From: Nageia nagi
Lineage: Eukaryota; Plantae; Pinophyta
DNA: 64,000 bases
Reading direction: 5' to 3'
Assembly (NCBI GenBank): GCA_050084985.1
Contig: JBITNC010000001.1
Location: 191,208,001-191,272,000, forward strand
Position numbers and translations under genes: made by a program
Part shown: positions 14,001-27,804 of the stretch, in pieces
Position numbering within the stretch: position 1 is the stretch's first letter
Layout: every line of letters begins with the position of its first letter
The notes under the pieces: model-generated
Seen by the model: the letters and a program-made list of their open reading frames with translations, nothing else
Told to the model about the DNA's origin: nothing
Databases searched by the model: none

Positions 14001-15435
14001 ACCATAATAATCATTTGGGTACAATTGAAGAAATATTAGTCGCTATTGCAATAAAACCTCATACATGATCAAAGCTTGATTTTTTAAAGCTACATGAATG
14101 TTGTGATGCACTATGTTATCTTAAAGATCACTCAGTAGGGCATGAAACTAAGAAACATCCATGAAGGATAACTAAAAATAAAAAGATTTTAGCTTAGATC
14201 ATAAATGCAAAGCATCAAATCACAAGCGAGGATCATTTACAACTATTTATAATGCATATGATTTGATATAATTAAATTATAATAATTGTGACAACTAGAG
14301 AAAAGGATTCATTAGATAATGAATTTACAATGATAAAATATCTCACCTACCACTCAATTAATTCATTAATTTCCTATGCATCATGTCATGTTAGGATGGC
14401 AATAATAATAGTACCACTAAGTTGCGTAATGACTAAGTAATCATAATGCTATTTTTGTCTCTCATCTTAAATATTAAATTGGATAGTTTAATCATGAGCA
14501 ATAGGTTGATCGTCATGACTCCCACAAAGAATTTTATCGCACACATGGGAAGTTCTTCCTTAAGTTTTGACAAAGAAACAAACATATGGACAGACTTAGA
14601 GAATGCCAGAGAATGCCTACCTTCACCATGAACTGGCTACAACAAAGGTCGAGATGGAGATAATGGCCCATCATTATGATATGCTACAAAAAGAAAAATT
14701 TGTATGCATACAATATTACCATGAACTCTTGGTTGAGCAAAATAAACTACTAGCTGAGAAAAATATGTGGCAATTACAAGCAAAAGAGAATGAGATACAA
14801 ATTAGGTGCAATACAAGCAATAGCCACTATGGAATGTGATGATTAAAAGAAAAGTTTAAGCAAAGGGCCTTCCTATGTAAAGATATCCTTCAACACTTTG
14901 GTATTCACATTCCAAAAAAAATAGCATCTAAACCTTCTATGGGTCTTGAAAAAGTTGGACCATAATCTCAATCATAACAATCAGATGCTCTAGTATGGAA
15001 TGGAATTTTCTACATAAAACTCATGTGTACTTTATTCATCAAGCCCCTTTATAAATTTAGGTTGGTGAAATATCCCTCCAGAGGGAGTATTGGTTGAATT
15101 TTTATTGAATTCTTTATTTACTATTGTAATATGTATGTAGACTTTTCAAAATTTAAGCCTATTTTTTTTGCATTCTTATTGATTGGTTGACATAAGTATT
15201 AGCTTTGCATATCTATGATGACTTATAATGCAACCCAAATCCAATCTTTTTATTTTCAAAAGCAAGTTCTTGATGAAACAACTACATCTTTATTCATCTA
15301 CATTTTTTTACTTCCATTTTGGGAAGGTGGATCCATTATGATGTATTATGTTACATTGCTAAATCCAAGCATCTTTCGTTGATGGTTTTTTGTTACATGC
15401 ATCTTTCATTGACTAAGAAACTTATTCTATAAATT

Positions 15436-16260
15436 GGCCAATCTTGCACTGTTCAGGTATCCATGTGTGAGGAACTCTTATGTGTCTTTTAGCACTATTT
15501 AGTTATCCGTATATGAGGAACTCATATGTGCATACTCTATTTTTTGGTCAATCTAGCACTGTTCAGTTATCCATATGTGATGAACTCTTATGTGTCCTTT
15601 GGCATTGTTTAGTTATCCACATGTGAGGAACTTATATGTGCATACTCTATTTTTTGGTCAATCTAGCACTATTCAGTTATCCATATGTGAGGAAGTCTTA
15701 TGTGTCCTTTCGCACTATTTAGTCATCCATATGTGAGGAACTCATATGTGCATACTCTATAAGTATTGGCTTGGCATTCTCCATGATGAATTATAGTGCA
15801 ACATAAAATCCAAGTATCTTTCATTTACTATAAGTATTGGCTTAGCATCCTTTGTGATAACTTATAGTGCAACATAAAATCCATGTATCTTTTGGTGACT
15901 ATAAGTATTGGCTTGGCATCTCCATGATGACTTATAGTGCACTAGTGGGGACACTCTTTTCTACTTCCATGATGATGGATTATTTATATATTCTTGATAA
16001 AATGTGAATCATTTCAATTGATTCATGCTACCAATTTCATCATTTTCTTCTTAACTAGTAGCATGGTTAAGATGGACTTCTCATTATAAAATCTTGGCTC
16101 ACTCTTGGTAAAGTCAAGTTTATTTGTTATGATATCTTAACTCACTCTTGATAAAGTCAAGTTTATTTGTTGTGCAATCTTGATTCACTCTTGGTAAAGC
16201 CAAGCTTATTTATTATGCCTTCTTAACTCACTCTTGGTAAAGTCAAGTATATTTCTTGTG
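15436..16260. repeat. Serial tandem arrays in the 3' internal region: ~110 bp x3 (15436-15760), ~70 bp x3 (15757-15940), ~44 bp x4 (16090-16260)
   Basis: Repeated units tgg.caatct.gcact...gaggaactc, ctataagtattggctt.gcat...ttatagtgca and ctcactcttggtaaagtcaagtttatttgtt. Confidence 0.9.
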
Positions 16261-16835
16261 TGAAAAATGTCAAGTTGTATTGTTGTGATGACACCCTCAT
16301 ATAAAACAAATACAATAGCAAGAAACATATACAAAAGAAAGAATGATAAACAATAAACACAATTGAAAGTGTCATGTTTTTAATTTTTTATGCATATCAA
16401 TTGGTTGATAGTTCACATGTCTTGATATATGCACATGTGATATTCTTAGATATCATAGTTGATGATTTATGTCATCCTTATTGTTGTGCATTTATGATTT
16501 CTTGACATATTTTATGATCAGTGTATGGATAGTATGATTTGATTCATGTTGATATGAATGTATAATGTTTCTAACTGATCTTGTTATAAGTTGATTATAG
16601 TTTTCAGGTTTCCTTTAAGAGATTGCAGGTTACTTGTGATAATAGCTGTGAGACTTCTTGGCTTTTGGCATTTGGATCTTCAACCTTCTCTCTTTTATAT
16701 AAAGTCTTAAAAAGTCTCCTTTCTCTCAAAATTATAAAGCTTTATTTAGCTATATGTACACTTTGTAGCATAATTAAAACCTCTTTGTAAAATTATTATT
16801 TTTTTAATCATTCTCAAAATAACATTAAGGGGGAG

Positions 16836-17421
16836 CATTAGAATTATAATGTTATTTAACACATTATGTAATTAATATGCTTAGCATATTAATAATCATC
16901 TAAATTTGGTTATTAGGTGATAATGTGGTTCATGCATGGTGGGTGGAATAGTATTCTCCACCCAACTTAAAATAATATTATTAGGTGGAATAGTGTCTCC
17001 ACTAACAATTAAATATAATTCTACATTGTAACTTAGGGTTAACTAACCTATTATGGTTGGGTTAGTTAACTATCTAAGGTTAGTTTTGAGTCCTATAAAA
17101 GGAGCTCATTTTTTGAAGATTCATAAGAAGATGAATATGGGAAGTTGTTAGTATATATCTTAGTTATTAAGGTCTTAAGCATGCAAGCTATGCTTCATGC
17201 TAAGGAGAGTCATGGTTGAGATCCATATGAGTGTACATTGTTTGAGAGTATAGTGAAAAGGAGACCTAAAGTAGAGTACTCCATGTGATGGAGGAACCAC
17301 TATACATCTTATGTTACTATGTGAGAATGCTTCTTGATTTATTAGCTTAGAATGATTGATTTTTATATTTGATGAAGATCCTACAAGTGTTCTTGGGTTA
17401 TAGAATCTTTCAATTCCATCA
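16836..17421 (+). repeat. 3' LTR (586 bp) preceded by a PPT
   Basis: Matches the 5' LTR plus ~44 extra bp near 17340-17384. Followed by TSD GGAAA. Confidence 0.95.
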
Positions 17422-18879
17422 GGAAACCTAGTGCAAGTGATCCATTTTCAAAAGGAACAAAGAAAGTCCTAGTATCCAAAGGAGATAGTTTGAAGGAAGA
17501 AATAAAGCTCTCAAAGACTAGAGAAATGGTGAGCATTGAATAAATTATGTAAATGATAACATATTTTTATAATCTAAGAAAAAGACTTAGATTATATTTT
17601 GGTCATATTTTTATAGAGTTAGTTTTATTTTCAGTCATGTTTTTCAAGAGTTAATTTATTTTTGGGTCTTGTATTTCCAAAGATAATTTATTTTCAAGAT
17701 TTGTTTTCCATAATTAGTTTATTTTAAAGAAATAAATGTAACCTTGAGAAAAGAACTTTGTTAATTTTTCATCTTTCTTCTTAAGGAGTTAGTCAAATTT
17801 TGAGTCCCTTTTTTGAAAGTAACTAGGGTTGGTAAAATGAACTAGGGTTGTACATATGGTTAGGTTTTCTTAGGTAGTTATGGTTTTGTATTATGTAACC
17901 ACCTTTAAGTATTATAAAAGTAAAAATAGAATTCATTTCAAAGATATATCTGGTGGAGTTTGAGCTCTAACACTTATAAAAAGTTGTAAAGTAAGCCTAC
18001 AGGCACATGATAATAAAATATATTTTTTATTTCAAGTATTGTGGAATTTTTTATGATATCATTCTTCAAAATTAGATAGATTACAAGTGATATTAAGTTA
18101 TCTATTTTTTATTTTAAGAATCAGTGTCTTTTTGAAATTCTAACAAGTTAATATAGTTATATTTTTACTAAGTAAATTTTATTTCACTCATGCTATGTAG
18201 TGTGAGATAAATATTTTGAATAATAAGAAAAAATTTGGTGATTGAAAGACAAAATATTTATGAACATAAGTACTAAATTTCATTATAGAATAATCTATCT
18301 CTTACAACTTAACAAGCTATGAACAATCAAATTGTACCAAGTATTATCCTTAGCAAAAATTCTTTAGTAAGGATAAACATTTATAAAAAATTTATCCTAT
18401 CATGACTAAAGGATTTATTTTGTAATACACATTCACTTATTTTATTATGTTAAACAAAGAAAGGAAAAACCATTGAAGTAAATTCAATAACTCTATAATT
18501 TAACCATCTATACAATCGAATTTTATTAAGTGATTCTTCTTGCAAGGTAAATCAATAAGGGTTAACTCTTACAATAAAATAATTCTTTGTGATGGTAAAA
18601 ATTATTCAAGTTATCACATAAACCATAGATAAACCTAAGTTACTAAGTTTGGGATCACCTTGTAAAAGAGGAGGATCATAGATCCTTGTTGTCCCCTTTT
18701 TTCTCCTTGATAAGAAAAAGTGATTAACAATACACATTATATTCTTATTTCAAATATTTTTGTTGAAGTGGATAGCTACAATGATGAGTAAAGACATTTA
18801 TGAAAGATAGAACAATCAAGATTTAGAATTGGACTTTCAACTATTTTTAAACTTAAACACTAATATAAATAACATTATA

Positions 18880-19430
18880 TTCATATACATGTAGCCTTTA
18901 TATATCCTACTTTGATATTATAAAATTTAGCTATTGTTGATAGTTTTATGTACTTTCTACAACCTAGTATAATGGTCATTTGACATGTTTAACCAAACTA
19001 TGGGATTCATCAATATTAGATGATTAGAACTTTGACATCAATATCTTGTAGTTATTTTCAACTCTTTGAGCAATTTTTATTGAACATTCCATATGCATCA
19101 TGATAATTATAACTATATCATCTTATACATATTTTACATATGGACCCTTATTTATGGTGGCTCACATGTCCAATGAATATTGGTCCAAAGTATATGATTT
19201 TTCTCTATGAAAAATAAACCCATAGTCAATTCCATTGAAAGAGAGGTACTCACAAACCTCCTTACAACCAAGAGTTTCTATATTTTCACACTTTTTATAT
19301 GGAAATATAATTATTTTAAGATTTTTTGAATTCTTTCTTGTGAAATCCATGAATTCCTCAAGCCTATGAATATATTTGTTATTATTTATAGGTGCTTGTA
19401 ACCAATATTTGTCCATGATGTTTGACAAAA
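18880..19430 (-). mobile_element. CACTA/En-Spm transposase-associated domain remnant
   Basis: ORF 19162-19428 MDKYWLQ...KYIHRLEEFMDF...IIFPYKKCEN...EVCEYLSFNGID..IFHRE matches the MD.SW...EY..G...F..FA...I.CPC..C.N...HL...G...HGE pattern. Confidence 0.85.
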
Positions 19431-20359
19431 ACTATCCTTATACCTAACCATATCATAGAAAAGATACATTTTAAATTTTATTCATTCAAATATAAATATT
19501 ATTTTAATACATAAAGATAATATTGAAGGAGAATTTATTTTTAAAGTCTATTTTCTTATGAAAGTTGAAGAAACACATTAGAATATGAACGAATCTTGAG
19601 TTACAACTTCTTGATATATTTGTATGAAATTAGATGAATAATTTTTAAATAAAAGTCAAAATTAAAGGAACAAAATATAACATCTTCCTCTTTTTAGACT
19701 CTTTATTCATTACTTAAGTATTCTTTTTATCCTTATTTATAACATGATTTCTAATTATCCACAAAAGCAAATAATATATTTTTTTAAATTGATTCATTGA
19801 GGAACCTTCTATCAAAGAGTATAAAAAGAGAAATAGGATAAAAAAAAATTTCCTTTTATGGAGAACCCTTATATCATTATTATTACCCTATATGTTCATG
19901 TAGGAACTTTGTATGTATTATCCTTGCATGTAACCATGCAGGTCTATTGGATGAGGGTCAAACTATCCCTCTTACCATTGCAATGGCAAGGGGGAAGGAT
20001 AGGTCGACTACTTCAACTGATGATATATCACTTCATACTCTACAAAATACCCTTGAAAGAAGTTATTTCCCTACTATAAATGTTTAAAAAAAAAAGAGAA
20101 AGAAAAAAAGAATGAAAATAGTCTCAAGTTCTTAACATTAATACATAAGGACCAATAATTATTTGGCAAGTTTCATTATGCAAAATAGTTTAATGGATTG
20201 TAATGAATTCTAATTAATTTCAATGTATATTCATGAAATAATAAATATGAATTATTTTTTGTATTTCAAAATAAGTTCTAATCTTGTAACTATCATGGAA
20301 AGATTTAGAAGAGGGTAGTTGCAAAGTTATTACAAATAATAAGAAAGCACATACATGTA

Positions 20360-21210
20360 TATGCAGATCACACATATGTTGTGTAGGCATAAAATACCCT
20401 TAATATATTCTAATAAAAACTTGCAAGAAATTGATTTTTTCAAAAATATAAATCTTACTCTAAGGAAATACATTGTATACCATGCCTCCCAAAAGTCCTC
20501 CAAAATGGTCAAATATTAAGATACAAAAGTACATACAAATAATAACTTCCAAATATTTGTATCATATATTAGCAATATAATGTTCCTCAAAAACTTAAGA
20601 TTCATGGTATTTTACAACATGAAGGTATGGACATCCATGTAAGAGTAATTAAAAATGGTTTTTTATTGAATTTTGTATTTGTAAAGGACCTTATAAATAT
20701 GTATACAAAAAATGGAAGAATACAAAAGGATCCTTAATTATTTGACAAGTTGTGTGATGTAATATAGTTTGATGGACTGTAATAAATGCAAGATATGCAC
20801 AACTTAGAATTTTTGAAAATGGACCTATATAGTTTTAACTAAATGCAATTATCAAGTGCTAAGTTAAAATTTGTAACCTTTGCCTACAATCTCCTTGTAT
20901 GTGCCACCATAGAAACTCAAGAAGGTATATTGGACATCCATAAAAGAGTAGTTAAAAATGGTTTTTCATCAAATCCTATAGTTATGAATGACCTAATAGA
21001 CATATATACAAAATCTAGAAGAATACACAAGCTCCAATAATTTTTTGACAAGTTACATGATGCCAAATAGTTTCATAGATTGAAATGATTGTAGGATATG
21101 CATAAAATAGATTTTGTAAAAAGGTTGTATAGACTTTTAATAAGATGCAGTTATTAGATGTAAAGGTAGACTCTATAAATTTTGTAAGCATTGTTTCTAC
21201 ATGTGTATTA
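20360..21210 (+). pseudogene. PLS-class pentatricopeptide repeat (PPR) pseudogene fragment
   Basis: Repeated motifs EGMDIHVRVIKNGF...DLINMYTKNGRIQK..LFDKL (~20620) and EGILDIHKRVVKNGFSSNPIVMNDLIDIYTKSRRIHK (20843-21040). Stops and frameshifts throughout. Confidence 0.85.
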
Positions 21211-23204
21211 TTCCTATGATGAATCATTATACATGCATTATAGACCACCTTAGTTGTGTAGGTTAGGTGTGTGGATGTATCTACTTGATGATTATAAATC
21301 ATGTAAAAATGTAGAAATAGGGGAGTTTATGGTAAAAATCTTGTTTTTTTAATCCTAAATATGATGTGTCTCACATTTTTCTTTCAAATATTTATGCAAA
21401 AGTGAGAAATTATATTTGAAACATGGAAAATGTTATTGTGCAGATTAACAGTGATGTAAATAAATTCAAGATGTAAAGAGTATTACACAATGACATGGTG
21501 CATTCTTTCATATTTTAGTTGTAGAAAGGAACTACATTTTATTTCAACTTTTCAAAAATAATTTTAAAAAATATTTATACAAATAGAAAATTTAGTTTAT
21601 TTCTAACATAATATTTTTAAGTTAATGTAATTGCCTATGTATATTGATGGGCTTTTATAAAAGACGTATTTTTTAATACTATGGAATCATGGTATTGAAC
21701 TATTTTTTAGGAATTGTTTGCAAATATAGAGTGAACATTTGCAAGAGGTGCACTAATGATAATGATTAAAGGAAAAATAGTTTAAGGAAATAGAAAATAC
21801 TTAAAAAATAAATATTAGATAAGGATTTATAAGTAAATCAATAATTTTATTTGAAGAGAGTAGATAAACTCTTAATTATACTTTTATTTTTCCTTTATTA
21901 TTTTGAATTATAATTTTATTTGGATTCATTATTTTTATATTGATGCATATTTTTCACTATCCATGGATAAAAATACCAAGTTAAGACTAACAATATTTCA
22001 TCTCTATCGAACTATTTATATATCTTAAAAACTTGCTAGTTTTTATCAACAACACCTATGGAGATTAGAATCTATTTTACTCAAGAACTATATGCCAATT
22101 TTTTTCAATACACATCGAAGCATGTTTCATTGATAACTAGATTCAAAATTAGTTTGATTAGACACCACAAGATTCCCAAGGCTAGTTCTTAGTCACATTT
22201 TTTCTTAGTTCCAATGCTATAGAGATAGATACCTTAGAAGCTTGCACCCACATTCCAAGTTATCTATGCATGTTGAATTAATTATGATTATATACTCAAT
22301 CATCATCCAATTGAGTGCACATATATTTATCATTCCTCTCTCATAGTATTTTCAAGTTATTCAATTCAATCTCTCATTACTATCTTTTTCATCATCATTA
22401 CTTTACTACTTTATTTCCATTAGTTCCTAAGTGATCATAGAAAATTAAATTAAAGTAGATATGATTACATCATACTTTATTATAATTTAGGATTTCATTT
22501 ATCATCTATAAGTACCTTGCAAATAATAAAATAAAATAAACTCTAAAATAAGAACATGAAGTATTGACTGGAGGACATTTCTTTTCCAAAGCATTATATA
22601 CAAAGTTCTTACGACTTAGGTACTATCAGCCATCAATAGAAGAATATTGTAACTTACATGTAAATAAATTTAGCAATGTCAAAAATAGTCCAAATATGAA
22701 TAGGTAACATATCAAGAACTCAATCCAATTGTGTCACCTTGTCCTTAGCATTAGACAAGTTTGGGTCCCAACCTAAAATTTAAGAGAATTACACATGAGA
22801 AGTAAATTAGGGTGCCAAAGTATATATCAACGCATGGCCCCCTTAATAAGTTTTGATGAAATAAATTAGAATTAATTATTACAAAGTAAAGAATAGAATA
22901 AGAAACTTGGTTTTTTCTTGGATCTTCATAGAATTAGGAATTTATTGGTAATGTATTTGACCCCCTCTTTGCATTAGGTTTTGTTGGAGTGGCCAGTAAG
23001 AAGCAGTTACAAAGAACATGTAGAAAAATAGAAATACCCTCCAAATATCATAATAGAATTATGTTTTTCATCATGAAAAATAATCATGTGAAGCAAATAT
23101 GAAATTAATATAATATCTCATGAGCTTTAACTATCCATGGATATTACATTGATACAAGATTTGTTAATGAAATAAACTCTAAGATATTGATCATAATAGC
23201 ATTC

Positions 23205-23415
23205 ATAGTGATGGTTAATAACCCAAATAACAAAGGTGATCATAAAAGCAATCATGGTAATGGTTAGTTAAAACTCAACCAAAAATGCTAATCATAAATG
23301 ATGGTTAATAACCCAACCAAAAAGGCTAATTATAAAGGTGATGGATAATAACCTAACTAAAATAGCTAATCATAAAGGTGATGGTTAATAACCTAACCAA
23401 CAAAGATGTTCATAA
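23205..23415. repeat. ~40-bp tandem repeat, about 5 copies
   Basis: Recurrent ggtgatggttaataacc.aac.aa.a.gctaatcataaa. Confidence 0.8.
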
Positions 23416-26400
23416 AGTATATATAATTTCATCATAATAACCTATATCATCATAGGTACCCTTTACCATAGATATTGTTGGTATTCATAATAATTTACTA
23501 TATCATTATGGGTACCCTTTACCTTAAGTACCATCAAGAAGATGTGTGTACACTAATGATGGTTAATTATTTTCTATCCAACAAAGAAGATGAGTATAGA
23601 ATATTCAAACATAAGAGAAAATATGATTTTATTTCCCATATATTTTTCTTATGTATAAGTATCAAAAATGAAAGAAATTCATTACAAGCTTTCATCATCC
23701 AAATATATAGAAATGATATAGGAGCATAAATTAAAGAAATTGTTGATACCTAAAAGTGGTACCCTTAACATGGCCCCGCTTAGGTGCAACTTTACACATA
23801 TATTTAATCATATTTTATGCATAATTTACCTTATTATCACATATTTCTTAGGTTGTGTTCTTATGTTTTATGTTACATAGACCAAGAAAAATTCAACCAA
23901 TATTCAAGGGTTCAAATGGTGAATCATGCTTGATATAAATATAAGTATCTTTAACCTAGGGAAAGTACATCAAGATTACATCTCTATAGTTGATACCCTA
24001 ATCTTGGATTTTTTTAAGCATTGCCTAGTAAGATTAGAATCTTGTTATCACTTGAGAAAATATCTACTATCCACTTTCAAGATCATATACTTGGTTCAAC
24101 TTGTCATCATATTTGCTATCATCAATCCTTATTGGTGAACCTCATTCTTTCAAAATGTTTGCACCCAAGATGAGCTCTCAAAGACTAGCAATCGTATTGG
24201 TGTTTCTTCTATAGTTAGCATTGTGGTTCGCACAACAAGGTCACTACTCCTTGATAAGTTCATCCATCATATCTTTAATCTCAAAACATGTAAGGACACA
24301 CAAGTATTTATCGTTCCTTGGTTATTTTCTCTTTAGTATGTGTATCTCATTTTATATCTTGATATCAATGTAATTTTGCTATTTTGTTACTACATTGTTG
24401 TATTCCCTTATTCATGTATATTGTTTGAGTTAATTAGCTTAGGTAAATAATATAATAAATGTTTATATGTGCTTTGGCTTATTTAGAATAAAAACCTAGG
24501 TGATACTAAAAAACCTATCAACATATCGATTTCCATATTTTATAGCATTTTATTTTTCTTAATTAGGGTTATAATATAAGTGCTTTCGAACCTACCCATC
24601 TTTTTACATCAAAAACCCTAGGTTTCTTGATTGTATTTGATCAATAATTTTGTGAGTGATAGAAATGGTAAACATAACTCTCAAAGTCTTGATAAAATTG
24701 ATGGAAATACCCAATTTTCAATCTCTTATTATGAAAGCATCTACATTGGTAGTCCAAATTAGCACTTAGACTAGTGCCAATGTGTACATCAGCATGAATG
24801 CTTCCATCAATTCCAATGTTAATAGTAGCATGAATGTTAGCAATAATGCATATAATTTAGGAACCTTCACCAGTGAAAATTTTAAATATATTGAATATTA
24901 GGTTGCACAACTTAGGATAAAATTCAAAGTTCGCATAGATTAGATGGAAAACAAAGGTAACTTATTAAGCATGGAGATTCAAAATACACTCCTTATTGGT
25001 AAATATAAGGATCCCAAATTCAAAAAATTCAATGGTGAGAACAATCCTATCACTCATCTTCAATGTTTTGAATTTACATTATAGAGCTTAATATGGGGTT
25101 AATGATCATTCAAAAGAATAGTATTTCCCTATGAGTTTAACTGGTGAAGCTTGCAAGTGATTTCATAGCTTGGAACCAAGATCTATACCATTATATCTGT
25201 AATTGAAAGATCAATTCAAGGCTTATTTCAAATGCAATGTGAATAAATTAGCTGATTTGATAGATTTGGTCCATTGTAAGAAGGGTCAAACAAAGAGAAT
25301 GGACAAGTTTGCTCCTAGATTAATCAAGCTTTAGAGGTCCATTGAAAAAAAGGTGGAAGAAAGATTCATTTCAAAGGTATTCTTTGAAAACATTCATCAT
25401 GTTCATGGTGAAAAAGGGCTTGAGCATATTAATGGCTCATTTATGCATATGGTTCATTTTCTTATTGAGAAAGAAGAATTCTTAATAAGGTCTAATTTTC
25501 TTAATTATACATCATCCTCCTCCAACAAAGATAGTGGTAGGAAGCTCTATAATAAAAGTATGATACTTCTGTTAATGTAGTTGAACCATCCCACCAAGAC
25601 AAGCCTAAAGATAGAAAATTAGCCAAAGAAATATATTCATTATGGGTAAACCCTAACCAAATATTTAAGGAATCTCTAGAGAAGGGTTTAATCAAATGAG
25701 TTCAAGGAAAAGAATATGGACCTAATGATGAAAAACCTAGTTGATATAAAGAAAATTAATTTTGCAAATACCATCAAATCAAAGGGCATAATACAATATG
25801 TCATTATATTTTATGAAAAGTTTAATACACTTATTGGATAGTGGTACAATTTCATATGAAAATGATGTATTCAAAGTCAAAAATTAGGATCTACGTTTCA
25901 TCAATATGGTGAATATGATTTTTTATGTTGATAATGCTAAACCTATTGAGTTTGATGATGACTTCAGTCCAAAACAAGATTTATATGTGGGTTCAGATTT
26001 GGAATAAACATGCCATGCAACCAGAAGATCAAATAAAAGTATTCCTAATCCAATTTATGCTACAAAATGGTTACCTTCTAAAACATATCTTAAGGAAAAG
26101 AGAAAAGATAAATGCAAAATGAATATTCTGCAAAATATTAAAAAATGTAAATGCTAAAATCAATTTGCTTGAATTATTTGAAATATTTGAAGAGCATATA
26201 TTAGTATTATTTGAACTTCTTAGTGGCATTGATATTGATACAAATATTTCTACTAGCTCATTGGTAGGAATGATTGGTTGTCTCAAAAATGATATCACAT
26301 TTACTAAAGATGAAATTCGTAGTGATGATATCATTTATAAATGCTTTACAATCAATATGTGTAAATATGATAGGAAAAATAGTCAAACATGCATTTGTAG

Positions 26401-27734
26401 ATGGTGGTGTAGGTTTGAATATTTGCTCCATTTACTTCCTAAAGAAGTTTAGCGATAAGTTGATGCTAAAGTTTATACAAAGGAAGTATAATATCACAAG
26501 TTATGATAGTGATAGAAAAGCATGTACCAAACATAGCATGTTACCTATTTAGTAAGGACTAAGGATAGTGGAAGTTATGACTTATGTGCTACACAAGAAA
26601 CCTCCTTATGACATCCTCCTTGGGAGACCATGGATACATCCTATGAGGTGCATACCATATATATTACATAGATTGATTAAATTTAACCATAATGGGTATC
26701 AATATGTAGTCGAAGTAGTGGATGAAAATGCAAACATAATTGCATAAGTTATGAATACCATAGTTCCACATAGAAATGTTGAAATCCATAAGGATAATGA
26801 TGAAGATAGTGAGGAAGATAAAGAAAATGGTGACACTATGTAGTTGTACAAAGAGACGAGTATTGGAACACATGTTATTAGTCAAAAGATCATTGGAAAT
26901 GATATTAGATAATTAGGTAGATATTAAAAAATCAATAATAATTAGTATTCATGCCAGCATTAGTTCTTGCACTCATCTCCACACCTGTGCTACCCTCATT
27001 ACTACAAATGAAGTTAAAATCAATCAAAAAAAGAATATGATAATTTCAATATGACATTGTATAATAATAACACTTTATAATATGAATCAAAATCAAATAT
27101 AGATATTATAAAGTGGTAGAGTATGTTAGGATCAATAATAAGATAATACATATAAGGTGTTACAAATCATTACTACCATAGTATATGGAATCCAAAAGGT
27201 ACAAAGGTAAAGGGCTTGGTAGAAATAAACATGGAATTGAAGAAGGGCATGTGAATATGTTTGATTCAAATGAAGGAAAGAGTGGTCTACATAAAAAGAA
27301 AGAAAATTAAAGAAATTTGATCTCATACAGTAGTGATGAAGAGTTTGAAGTAGAGTTAGAGTTTTCATCAATTAATATGGTTGAGTTAGCATTAGAAATC
27401 AAGGGAAAATCTCCAAAGAAGGCCAAAGCTCATGCTAACATTTACGCTCATGCTAATCCTAGTACCCATGTTGAGGAAAGATAACATAATTCCTCTTACC
27501 CTATGCTTGATAGGATAACTTCTAGGTTTATTGATATGTAAAAAATGGATGATGTGCTTCTATACATGCTGAGGGCATGATTTGAGTTCAAATTATTCCA
27601 TCCTAAGAGGAAAGGCAAGGTTTCTTATTATCCTAATGCTTATTTTGGATAGGAGATGAAGACCATAGAAGGTTTTTATCTTCTACACTAACCTAACTTC
27701 TTATTTCATCATATAGAGTAAGCTAGGTAGTTAG

Positions 27735-27741
27735 GTGTGTG

Positions 27742-27802
<61 letters not shown>
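27735..27802. repeat. (GT)n microsatellite
   Basis: About 34 GT units with one interruption. Confidence 0.98.

Positions 27803-27804
<2 letters not shown>

Larger units (their letters stand above)
9447..17421 (+). mobile_element. Full-length non-autonomous LTR retrotransposon (LARD-like, copia-type termini), ~7975 bp
   Basis: LTR pair 9447-9988 and 16836-17421; PBS TGGTATCAGAGC at 9991-10002; PPT AAGGGGGAG at 16827-16835; 5-bp TSD GGAAA at 9442-9446 and 17422-17426. No gag/PR/INT/RT motifs recognised inside. Confidence 0.93.

Noticed and set aside
15436-16260. CRISPR-like repeat-spacer array
   Set aside because: The units are contiguous tandem repeats with no unique spacers, in eukaryotic TE context with no cas genes.
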